Below are positions 52,098 to 61,616 of a DNA stretch of 64,000 nt, in pieces (position 1 is the stretch's first letter; every line of letters begins with the position of its first letter). The stretch lies in the IMG/VR virus record IMGVR_UViG_3300025121_000035, positions 1 to 64,000 of that record; one strand, written 5' to 3'. Origin of the DNA: a virus. The position numbers and the translations under genes were made by a program. The notes below the pieces were generated by a model, which saw nothing but the letters and a program-made list of their open reading frames with translations, did not search any database and had not been told where the DNA came from.

Positions 52098-52166
52098 CAA
52101 AAATCTGTTTCATTTGACAATTTATGTAAAAATTTCATTTAGTATATTATGAAATATTATTAGATA

Positions 52167-53511
52167 ATGAACTACAACTAAACTAAAGATTTAGTTGTTT
52201 CTTGGGCTGAACCTGTAACCAGTTTCATATCTCCACAAGCGTATATTTCTGCTGTTCCAGCAGTATTATTTTTTACAAAACTAAACTTTTTAATATTTGT
52301 TGCTGCATTTTGATCCCTATTGTGTTTTGTATTACAATTAGGACAAATCCATTCCCTATCAGATAATTTCAAATTTGATTTAATATACCCACAACAAGAA
52401 CACATTTTAGAAGAAGGTTCAAATTGACCAATTCTAATGATATTACAACCATACCATTCACTTTTGTAATCCAAATACAAATTGAAATTACTAATTGATA
52501 TATCAGATAATGATTGTGATAATTTATGGTTTTTAATCATATTAGATGGTTTTAATGTTTCTAAACATATTGTATCATATGTGGTTACTAATTCTTTTGA
52601 TACTTTATGTAAAAAATCATTCCTTTTATTTGAAACTTTTTCATGAATAATAGATAATTTTTTTACATATTTTTTTCTATTATTTGATCCTTTTACTTTT
52701 TTTGAAACTTTCCTTTGAATCCTTTTTAATTTTTTTAATGACTTTTTAAGATTCTTTGGATTTTCAATTTCAGTTCCATTTGATAATACAGCAAATGTTT
52801 TAATTCCCAAATCAATTCCAACTGCTTTATCTTCACTAATTGGTTTCTTTTTTGGTAATTCACTTGGTATTTCTACTAAAATAGAAATGAAATACTTACC
52901 TGTTGATGTTCTTGTTATTGTTGATTTTTTAGTTATTCCTTCAAATATTCTATCAATTTTAATTTTAATTGATGATTTGAACTTCGGTATATCTAATTTT
53001 TCATTTTCAAAATCCACATAAGTATTTTGTGGTATTCCAAATGATTGTTTATTATCTTTTTTTGATTTGAACTTTGGAAATCCACCTTGCTTTTTGAAAA
53101 ACTTTGTATATGCGTTATCAAGATTTTCTAAACTATATTGTAAAGATTGGCTATTTACTTCTTTTAACCAAGATGTTTCTTCTTGTTTTTTAAGAATTGG
53201 TAAATCTTTTTGTATATCAAATCTTGATAATCCTACACCAGTTTCTTGATATGTTTTGTTTTTTTTGTTCAACGCATAATTGTATATCCATCTTGCACAA
53301 CCAAAATGTTGATGTATCAATTCTTTTTGAATTGAATTAGGATATATCCTATATTTGTAAGTTTTCAAAATCATATCTATTATACTATATATTTTAGAAT
53401 TAGTTTCATTTTTTTCTAAAATTATTTTCAACTTTAGAATAATTATATATAATTATTATTACAATTCATCTACCTAAACTGAAGATTTAGGGGATTTCTT
53501 GTAAAAGAATA
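52167..53511 (-). mobile_element. IS200/IS605-family (IS1341-like) tnpB-only element
   Basis: Left-end hairpin AAGAAATCCCCTAAATCTTCAGTTTAGG..GATGAATTG; right-end hairpin ending GTAGTTCAT; no tnpA. Confidence 0.85.
52178..53374 (-). CDS. tnpB: TnpB RNA-guided nuclease
   Basis: YKYRIYP HTH, GIDLGIK (RuvC I), ICLE, CSCCG..CPNC Zn finger, HNRDQNAA; start MILKTYKY preferred. Confidence 0.95.
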   Translation of the reverse strand: MILKTYKYRIYPNSIQKELIHQHFGCARWIYNYALNKKNKTYQETGVGLSRFDIQKDLPILKKQEETSWLKEVNSQSLQYSLENLDNAYTKFFKKQGGFPKFKSKKDNKQSFGIPQNTYVDFENEKLDIPKFKSSIKIKIDRIFEGITKKSTITRTSTGKYFISILVEIPSELPKKKPISEDKAVGIDLGIKTFAVLSNGTEIENPKNLKKSLKKLKRIQRKVSKKVKGSNNRKKYVKKLSIIHEKVSNKRNDFLHKVSKELVTTYDTICLETLKPSNMIKNHKLSQSLSDISISNFNLYLDYKSEWYGCNIIRIGQFEPSSKMCSCCGYIKSNLKLSDREWICPNCNTKHNRDQNAATNIKKFSFVKNNTAGTAEIYACGDMKLVTGSAQETTKSLV

Positions 53512-53551
53512 ATTAAATTTTAATATATAGAAAAAAATATATATATTATAT

Positions 53552-54433
53552 ATGATTTCTAAATATAATGATTTTCAATTATTGAATGAAGCAATACTAA
53601 ATGAAGAATTTGATTTTAATCAAATTAAAAATTCTATAAAAAATGTTGCCGATAAAAATAAAGTATTAAACTATTTAATCAATAAATTTAACAAAGCCAA
53701 AAATCAACCTTTTAAAAAACATATAGCTACATTATTAATTGCGGTTTTCTTAATAAATTTCGGATTAAAATCAAATAAGTGGGCAAATAGATTATCTGAT
53801 GAAAAAATTCAAGAATTAACTACTAAAATAGCTGCACAAGAAATTTTATCACAAGAAAATATGGTTCAATTTTTTAATACTAATCTATATACAAATGAAA
53901 TAGATAATGTAGATGAATCAGAACCTCGTAAATCTATATTTGATAATCAGGTATTTGTAGATGCGACAAATTTACATACATCAGAAAAAGCAATAAAACT
54001 TATTAAAAAACACGAAAAGTTAAGATTAAAAGCTTATAATATAGGGGATAACAGAATTACAATTGGATATGGTCATGCTGAACCAATTCAAACATCAAGA
54101 TATAAAATAGGTGATAGAATAACTAGGGAACAAGCAGAAAAATTATTTAAAAAGGATTTAGAAATTGCAGAAAAAGGAATTAAAAGAATGTTTGTTCGTT
54201 GGAAAAGTGCCGGAATTAAGATAGAATTAACACAAAGTATGTTTGATGCTATGGTATCTATGACATTTAATATGGGAGTTTATGGAATGGCTACAACTAA
54301 TTTTATTCAATACATTAAACAAGGTGATTTTGAAGCAGCAGCCGATTCCATAAAAACAACAAAAATAAACGATAAGTTTCCTGGTTTAGAAAATAGACGA
54401 GAAGATGAATATGAATTGTTTATAGGTACTTAA
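53552..54433 (+). CDS. GH24 lysozyme-like protein with CTS-like N-terminus
   Basis: IKKHEKLRLKAY..ITIGYGH..FDAMVSMTFNMG..GLENRREDE; N-terminus MISKYNDFQLLNE. Confidence 0.85.
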   Translation: MISKYNDFQLLNEAILNEEFDFNQIKNSIKNVADKNKVLNYLINKFNKAKNQPFKKHIATLLIAVFLINFGLKSNKWANRLSDEKIQELTTKIAAQEILSQENMVQFFNTNLYTNEIDNVDESEPRKSIFDNQVFVDATNLHTSEKAIKLIKKHEKLRLKAYNIGDNRITIGYGHAEPIQTSRYKIGDRITREQAEKLFKKDLEIAEKGIKRMFVRWKSAGIKIELTQSMFDAMVSMTFNMGVYGMATTNFIQYIKQGDFEAAADSIKTTKINDKFPGLENRREDEYELFIGT

Positions 54434-54443
54434 ACTAATAACT

Positions 54444-54653
54444 TTAATAATCCGTTCCACTATTTGCGGTAACAGTCATTTTCTTTTTACAGTAGGGGCA
54501 TTTAGGCACTTTTGCTTTTGGATTTAATTCTTTTGAAAGCATTATATCACTTACTACTGTCCATTGTCTTTTACCTGTTCTACCTTGCTTTTCCCATTCT
54601 TTTTGGTTACATTCATCATTATAACAATAACAATTCCATCCTAATTCTTTCAT
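54444..54653 (-). CDS. Small Zn-ribbon protein
   Basis: CYNDEC...CPYC. Confidence 0.6.
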   Translation of the reverse strand: MKELGWNCYCYNDECNQKEWEKQGRTGKRQWTVVSDIMLSKELNPKAKVPKCPYCKKKMTVTANSGTDY

Positions 54654-54687
54654 TTTTCAATAAATTTTAATACGTTAGTAATAATAA

Positions 54688-54921
54688 TTAATCTTCTTCG
54701 AAAGATAGTGGTGAATCATATTTTGCTTTTATATAAAATGTTTTACCACTTTGAGTCTTTACTACTAATCTATAATCAGTATAATCATCCATATCAAAAT
54801 CTGATATATACATATCAACAACTTTATCTTTTGTAGAATTACTCTCATTAATATCAGATATATTCAAGTTTTCGTGATGTTCATTGAACTTTTGTATGTG
54901 TTTATTATCTATCATCTTCAT
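54688..54921 (-). CDS. Small protein with KHIQKFNEH header
   Basis: N-terminus paralogous to 54956. Confidence 0.6.
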   Translation of the reverse strand: MKMIDNKHIQKFNEHHENLNISDINESNSTKDKVVDMYISDFDMDDYTDYRLVVKTQSGKTFYIKAKYDSPLSFEED

Positions 54922-54955
54922 ATTTTATTTTTAGTGTATATTTAAAATAAAAAAA

Positions 54956-55354
54956 TTATCTTATTCTATTATGTAAATTTTCTACCCCATCTAATGATGT
55001 TAAATTTGGCAAATCTTCTGACGAACCTTTTATATTAGATGGCAAACCTTTCAATGATGTCAGTTTTACATCTTCTAACGAACCTTTTATATTAGATGGT
55101 ACACCTTTCAATGATGTCAGTTTTACATCTTCTAACGAACCTTTTATATTAGATGGTACACCTTTCAATGATGTCAATTTTACATTTTTCAACTCACTAT
55201 CATCTAACATTAGAAAATTTACCAAATCGTATATTTCCTTATTAGACCATCCTAAATCTTTTAATGTATTAATTTTTTCACTACTTATGACATCAGATAT
55301 ATATATATTTTCTTGATGCTCGTTGAACTTTTGTATATGTATTTTATCTTTCAT
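54956..55354 (-). CDS. HIQKFNEH-header protein with 19-aa LTSLKG repeats
   Basis: Three near-identical 57-bp repeats (KLTSLKGVPSNIKGSLEDV). Confidence 0.7.
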   Translation of the reverse strand: MKDKIHIQKFNEHQENIYISDVISSEKINTLKDLGWSNKEIYDLVNFLMLDDSELKNVKLTSLKGVPSNIKGSLEDVKLTSLKGVPSNIKGSLEDVKLTSLKGLPSNIKGSSEDLPNLTSLDGVENLHNRIR

Positions 55355-55415
55355 TATATTAAATTGTTTTTTAGTATATATTAAAAATAAAACCTAAATA
55401 TATTTAATTAAAAAA

Positions 55416-55721
55416 TTATTTTGATATTTCTAATTTAAAATCATTAGGAAACTCAAGTTTATTTAATTTATTTTTTGACACAGGAAATGACACATTTCTT
55501 GATACACCAAACTTATTTCTTGTCTGATATATTTTACCATTTAATAAATATTCATTATCTATTCTTGTGTGATGTTGAAAACCTAAATCATAGTTTTCTT
55601 CAAATGGAAGTTTTTGTTTAAGAATCTCAATATCGTTTAAAAAATAAATTAAATAAGACCTACTCTTATTATCTTTACCTCTTTTATTTAACTGATATTT
55701 ATATGTTAATTTATATTCCAT
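55416..55721 (-). CDS. Hypothetical protein
   Basis: ORF track. Confidence 0.55.
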   Translation of the reverse strand: MEYKLTYKYQLNKRGKDNKSRSYLIYFLNDIEILKQKLPFEENYDLGFQHHTRIDNEYLLNGKIYQTRNKFGVSRNVSFPVSKNKLNKLEFPNDFKLEISK

Positions 55722-55823
55722 GATTTTATTTTTAATTGATTTATCTAATTTTTATTATCATATTTTCAACCGTTATACACTATCACTATATTATAGTTAC
55801 AATTTAGCATTTGTGTTTAAAAA

Positions 55824-56429
55824 TTAAAATTTAATCAACCCACTTAAAAAAGAAATAGGTAGTTCTGTATAATTAATTATTCCACTATCAGAATGTTCTT
55901 CAACTATTTTGTTTTGTTTTTTTAATCTACAATCATCTAACCAATTAATAACAGATTGAATTACTTCTTCTTTTGTATCTATTGTTTCGAATTTACCAAT
56001 TGAACAATCAGAACAATCCATATCAAACCAAAAGAACATATATTTTCCAATTTCGTCATTTTCAGTTTCTATTTCAGAAAGAATAACTATATCATCACCA
56101 AAACAATCTAAACTAGTATGATACATTTTAATTTCACCAGATATTATTTTATCTTTTAATTCTTTCTTTGTACCGTCAAATTTTAACCATTCTCTTTCAT
56201 CTTTGTTTTGGTAACTGATATTTCTATCACCAATATTTTTATTATCTGGTGTATATCTATCAAGTAAAAAACAACAGATAGGTTTCACATAATTAATGAA
56301 TCCATTTAAAAATGTTGATGATACGTAAGTCCAAACAGTTCCATAAGGTATTGGATTGCGTGCTATTTCTTTCGGATATTCCGAATAATCTTCAAAATAG
56401 TCCCAAATTTTTTTCTTTTCTTCTATCAT
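55824..56429 (-). CDS. Hypothetical protein
   Basis: ORF track. Confidence 0.65.
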   Translation of the reverse strand: MIEEKKKIWDYFEDYSEYPKEIARNPIPYGTVWTYVSSTFLNGFINYVKPICCFLLDRYTPDNKNIGDRNISYQNKDEREWLKFDGTKKELKDKIISGEIKMYHTSLDCFGDDIVILSEIETENDEIGKYMFFWFDMDCSDCSIGKFETIDTKEEVIQSVINWLDDCRLKKQNKIVEEHSDSGIINYTELPISFLSGLIKF

Positions 56430-56689
56430 TTTAATTTTTTATTTGTGTTTCAATTTAAGTTTCATAGTAATATCAAAATTTTTAGTTAGCAAACATAAAA
56501 CTACCGTAACCATAAAATGTTGTAGTAACATATTTGATTATCTGTCAAATTGCTTACCCATTCTTCAAAATATTTTTGATATTTAGGTAAATTGTTATTC
56601 TTCCATTCGTCTTGTAAATATTCATATAATTTATCATTCATGAAATTACGTTTATTAATTTTAATTTCTGTATGTTATTTTACAACATA

Positions 56690-57463
56690 TTAAAAAACCA
56701 ATAGATTATTTTTAATAACTTCTTTTGCCAAGTTTAAATAACTTACAGCACCTTTTGATGCTGCATCAGAAACAATTACTGGTTTTCCAAGACTAGGTGC
56801 TTCACAAATTTTATTATTACGCTGTATAACACTTTTGAAAACCATATCATGAAAGTGTTTACGAACATCATTAGCAACTTGGTTAGATAAATCTAATCGT
56901 GGTTCATACATTGTAAGTAAAAATCCCTCAATATCAAGTTCTGGATTTAAACGATTTTGTACAAGTTTTATGGTATTTAATAATTTACCTAAACTTTCTA
57001 ATGCAAAAAATTCACATTGTACAGGAATAATAACTGAATCTGCGGCAGTGAGTGCATTTATTGTAAGCAAATCTAAATTTGGAGAACAATCAATAAAGAT
57101 AAAATCATAATTATCTTTAACTTTATTAATTAATATTTTTAATATTTCTTCCCGATTTGGCTTATCAAGAAATTCTATATTAGCAGTAGATAAACTTATA
57201 TTTGAAGGTATGATATCCATTCCATCAATTTCAGTTTTTAAAATAATTTCTTTTGGATTAATATCTTCAATAATACTATCATAAATACTTATTTTGATTT
57301 CTTTAACATCAAATCCTATACCTGATGTAGAATTTGCTTGTGGATCAGCGTCTATTAATAATACTTTTTTATCTAAAACAGCTAAACTAGCTGCTAAATT
57401 TATTGCGGTTGTAGTTTTTCCTACACCTCCTTTTTGGCTTGATATTGCTATAACTTTTCCCAT
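56690..57463 (-). CDS. parA: ParA/Soj partition ATPase (chromosomal type)
   Basis: QKGGVGKTTTAINLAA, IDADPQAN, IDCSP, PVQCEFFALE, EAPSLGKP. Confidence 0.92.
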   Translation of the reverse strand: MGKVIAISSQKGGVGKTTTAINLAASLAVLDKKVLLIDADPQANSTSGIGFDVKEIKISIYDSIIEDINPKEIILKTEIDGMDIIPSNISLSTANIEFLDKPNREEILKILINKVKDNYDFIFIDCSPNLDLLTINALTAADSVIIPVQCEFFALESLGKLLNTIKLVQNRLNPELDIEGFLLTMYEPRLDLSNQVANDVRKHFHDMVFKSVIQRNNKICEAPSLGKPVIVSDAASKGAVSYLNLAKEVIKNNLLVF

Positions 57464-57830
57464 TTTAATCTAATACTTTTACTTGTGAATTAAAAACTGT
57501 CATACATTGATAATCATTAATATATAAATCTGTCATTGTCGGTGGATTATCCAACGCTTTTCCTTTATAAATATAACCACATTTAGGGTGATTTTTGTCA
57601 ATTATAATATATTCTTTCATAAATTATTTTCGTTTAAAATGTTCAGTATCTTCTATATTAATTATTCCATTATTGTTATATTCTGTATAATATCCATATC
57701 CATAATAAAAAGATATAACTGGATTACCGTTACTATCACAATGAACTCTAATTTTTTTACCTACATATTGATAATACCAACTACTTGATATCTCACAACC
57801 AGATATTTTTACAACTGCGTACATAATATG

Positions 57831-58037
57831 TTATATCCAATATATTAATTGTATTAATAATAAAAAAAATATATGTTCTACCAATCCCCATTTATATAAC
57901 GACATCGTTTTAATAGATTTTATTTCTTCTTGCACATCTTCTAATTTATATTTTATTAATACAATTATAGTAGCTATTAACTTATAAATAAAGTACAAAG
58001 ATAATAAAATAAATGCAATTAATTGTATAATTTTCAT
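57831..58037 (-). CDS. Small membrane protein
   Basis: Two hydrophobic segments. Confidence 0.5.
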   Translation of the reverse strand: MKIIQLIAFILLSLYFIYKLIATIIVLIKYKLEDVQEEIKSIKTMSLYKWGLVEHIFFLLLIQLIYWI

Positions 58038-58492
58038 ATTTTTATTTTTTTAACTATTTCTATTAATTTTTTTAAACACATTAAATTTGCTTTTTCTTCA
58101 GTATCATAATCACCCACATATTCATATTCTATGATAGAATCTAAAATATATACAGTATTCCATTTATTCCATATATCAGGTCTGATATAAAATTTCATGT
58201 TATATTTATCTTTAAACCATTGTAATGCCTGTTGGTATGTAGGAGCAGAAGTTGCCCATTGTGGAAGATTCGAATTTCTATTATCTATTTTATATAATTT
58301 TGGTCGTTTTTGTTGTTCGGATGTTAATGTAGTATTATTATAATTAATTACCAAAATTTCTTTTTCGTGAAAAGAATTAGGATTTTCAAAATATCCAAAG
58401 CATTGTTCATTAAACCCTAATTTTTTTAAATCTAATGCTTGTTCGTATGGTATAAATTGATTTTCCATTATTTTATTACTTCGTCTGCCCAT
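58034..58492 (-). CDS. Hypothetical phage protein
   Basis: FIPYEQALDLKKLGFNEQC..APTYQQALQWF motif. Confidence 0.65.
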   Translation of the reverse strand: MGRRSNKIMENQFIPYEQALDLKKLGFNEQCFGYFENPNSFHEKEILVINYNNTTLTSEQQKRPKLYKIDNRNSNLPQWATSAPTYQQALQWFKDKYNMKFYIRPDIWNKWNTVYILDSIIEYEYVGDYDTEEKANLMCLKKLIEIVKKIKI

Positions 58493-58700
58493 AATATTTC
58501 TGTATAATAACTAACACAATAATCACTATCCTTTTGTTTATAATGGTTTTTTATTTTTTCTTTTACTTCATCTTTATCTATAGCTTCAACAATATGCATT
58601 TTTTCATATGATTTTTTACCATCTGGATAATATGATTTTTATATTAAAACATTTACTAAATATAACATAATTACCTATAATTTATATAAAATTTCAACTA

Positions 58701-58732
58701 CAAAGGTAAGCAACATTTTTGTAATATACAAA
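58701..58732 (-). promoter_or_regulatory. Bacteroidota housekeeping-sigma promoter
   Basis: TTTG-N20-TACCTTTG on the minus strand. Confidence 0.6.
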
Positions 58733-58774
58733 TATTTAAATTTTTTTTTAATATGTCATCAAATTCTATTTCAT

Positions 58775-60870
58775 TCATAATTCTATTTGGCTTAAAACTT
58801 CTAAACATAATTCGTTAGGTACAATGGATCTTTGTTCAGCTCCTTTTAGTCCTTGTGTTCCTGTTTTACTTCCTCTTGGTGCAGCAATGTGACAAGTCAT
58901 ACCATTTTTACACATTGGTCTAGGTGTCCATAATTCATTATTAGTCCAGATATCTGTCGGTTTCATGCGATCATCCCCATACTGACAATATGTAACTGTA
59001 TTTCTAATTGGTAAATCTATCATAATAGGGAATTTTCTTAACATACCTCTAGGGTTTTCGATGTACCAATATTTAGGTTTAAAATAATTAATTAATTCTA
59101 TTGTTTTTTCAACTAATTTATAACCAATTAAAGCTGTTTCAGATTTAGGTTCTCTTTCTTTTGTCCAATGATGTGATACAGAAGCAATTGAGAAGGACGT
59201 ACAGTTATGTACTATTAAATTTTTAACAGTATATGTATTGTCTTCTTCTACTTCTAAATTATATGTTTTTAATGATACATTTAATTTTTCTTTTTTATCA
59301 AATTGTAACCATATGTAATTATTATCAATATCATATTTTATATTTTTACAATTTATACTAAATTTAATATTATAAAGTTTATTTGTTCTATCATCTATAA
59401 TCAAAGTTGTTGGTATTTTATATACTTTATTTATACAATATTGAATACCGTATGCTAATTTTTCACTAGTTGTTGATAAATTATATTTTCCTTTTTTTAT
59501 AGTATGACCATCAGAATCTATATAACCGTTTATAAATGAAATTAAATATTCATTTGGTAAATTGAATATATCAGATGTTAATTCTTTATTTGGTGATCCT
59601 ATTCCAAATCGTTTAAAATAATGATATAATTCTTTATTATAAAAAATAAATTGGTTTACCGTTTTTTTAGTTTTAGATAAATTATATTTATTAAAAACTA
59701 ATTTTATTTTATTTTCTAAATAATCTGTTTTTTTTTTATTACAACATATATTAACTTCTTCACACCCATTATCTTTATGTATACTTATCCACCCATCACC
59801 AATAAATCTTCCTACAATATACCAAAAATTAATATCATTAATAGGTAGGGTATTAATTAATTTTTTAATATTATTTTGTTTTTGGTATTGGTTACTTATA
59901 CCTTGTTCATAATAACAACCTTTGTATATTGGTAGTGATTGTTCTTTATTTAAAGGAATAGCAACGTATGGTGATTCTATAATTGCTTTACTTTTATTTT
60001 TACTTATATTTACTTCTATATCACCTACATTAACCCAATCTGGTTCTGTAAAATAATATTCATATTTTCTTAATTTATTATTCCATTTACGTTTTTTGTA
60101 TTTAATATAATACGGGTGATTTCCAGTTACTATTGTGTTTTTAGTTTGTCTTGTATTAAAATTATAACAATCATTAGAATGATTTTCATATATTTTTGTT
60201 ACTTTTCTAAATCTATTTTTATGTGTTAATACTTGATCACCAACTACAATATTTTTTATATGTTCCGTCAAAGAAAACCATTAAATCTTCAGTTTAATGG
60301 ATGAATTTGACTAAAATGGACTTTAAATATTTAATATATATATATAATAATTAAATAAAAGTTCTTTGAAATGATTTAATGGTTTTGATCTACAAACCTA
60401 GATCAAGTAAAATCATTGAGGTTCAAGTATGTAAATACTTGATAGTTAAGTATCTATACGAAAACCAAGGTAGATGCAAAATATAAAAAATGTTTAAAAA
60501 TATTTTTTAACTGTGGAGCGAGTGACCGAATTCGCAGTCTAAACAAAAAAACGGTGAGGCGTCAACATTAGTTGAGTCTATGAAACGTTGAAACACATTA
60601 ATATTTATTTAATGTGTAGTTCATTTCTTTATAACCATTATTTGTTAATACTAATTCATCTTCTCCAAAACAAGGCGGAGATGCCCATATAATATCTGGT
60701 TGCCAGGGAACTTTATTAACATCAAATTCTAATAAATCAACTGTATAATCAGTTTTAAATTTTTCTAAATAGTCTGATGAAAATACTTCATAACCAAGTT
60801 CTTTTGCAGCTTTCCCTATTGATTTAGTACCAGCAAATAATTCTAGTACTTTTATTTTATGAATTTCCAT
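58775..60870 (-). CDS. C5-cytosine DNA methyltransferase with LAGLIDADG intein (59204-60672), interrupted by a 365-bp element into two ORFs
   Basis: ELFAG, WASPP|C...IVHN|CTSFS, IENP; LAGLIDADG-like IVGRFIGDG and FINGYIDSDG. Confidence 0.88.
60260..60624 (+). mobile_element. Non-autonomous, ORF-less IS200/IS605 element: left end + promoter motif + structured RNA + right end
   Basis: TTTAT|ATGTTCCGTCAAAGAAAACC-hairpin...GTAGTTCAT; exact removal restores intein ..GYKEIKNIVVGD.. Confidence 0.85.
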
Positions 60871-61094
60871 TTATTAATATCCTTCTTATTTTTGCATAAA
60901 CTTCTAAGTCTCCTGGCTTTTCAGTATCTATAACTACTTTGTCTACTAGAATGGATATTATTAATTTTAAATCTTCGACTGTATTAACTAAATCCCAATT
61001 AATATCATACGTTTTAATCACTATGAAAAATTATTTTTTATAATATAAATAGTTTCTTATTTATAATATAGACAATAAATTATAATTTGTTTAT

Positions 61095-61144
61095 ATTGTC
61101 CCTTAAAAGAAAACCGTTAAATTGTTAGTTTGTGTGTAGTTCAT
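61095..61144 (+). mobile_element. 50-bp fused left-end/right-end miniature
   Basis: TTTAT|ATTGTCCCTTAAAAGAAAACC...GTGTAGTTCAT. Confidence 0.65.
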
Positions 61145-61161
61145 AAAATTACAAAATAAAT

Positions 61162-61599
61162 TTAAAGATTTTTTATAATAATTTTAATTTTTTTGTTTCT
61201 TTCTATCATTTGTCTATCATTTAATATAGATTCTATTACATTTATATATAAATTGATTTTATCTGTTTTTAATCTACTTTTTTGAACTGTTAAAATATTT
61301 TCTAAATGATTAGTTGTACAATTAATTAATTTAACCCATTTTAAAGAATTATGTTCTAAATTATTCGATATACCATATGTACCCCAAACTAATTTTTCTT
61401 TAAGTTCTGATAAAGAAGAATCATCATATAAATCTAATAATTTTATTTTATCTTCACAATTCACAGGGCAACCATATCTTATATAATCATTACCACCATC
61501 AACATAATATCAATCTTTTTCTATATAATCATGTACAGATCTTGAAATTAAAATTGTACCGTCTGGTAATTCTATTGCATTTTGTATAATTTGTTCCAT
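61162..61599 (-). pseudogene. Phage protein with in-frame TGA at 61510-61512
   Basis: MEQIIQNAIELPDGTILISRSVHDYIEKD*YYVDGGNDYIR continues in frame into ORF 61162-61464. Confidence 0.65.
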
Positions 61600-61616
61600 T
61601 ATATTAAAAATAAAAA

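Noticed and set aside
41210-57463. Bacterial chromosome or chimeric contig, because of dnaK, trxA, tonB and parA
   Set aside because: These genes are interspersed with phage-family genes, share the same AT bias, and lack their bacterial operon partners (grpE/dnaJ, exbBD, parB)
60260-60624. IStron or group I intron that would splice out of the MTase mRNA
   Set aside because: No group I P7 core motifs seen on either strand, unlike the dnaK intron, and the element is antisense to the gene
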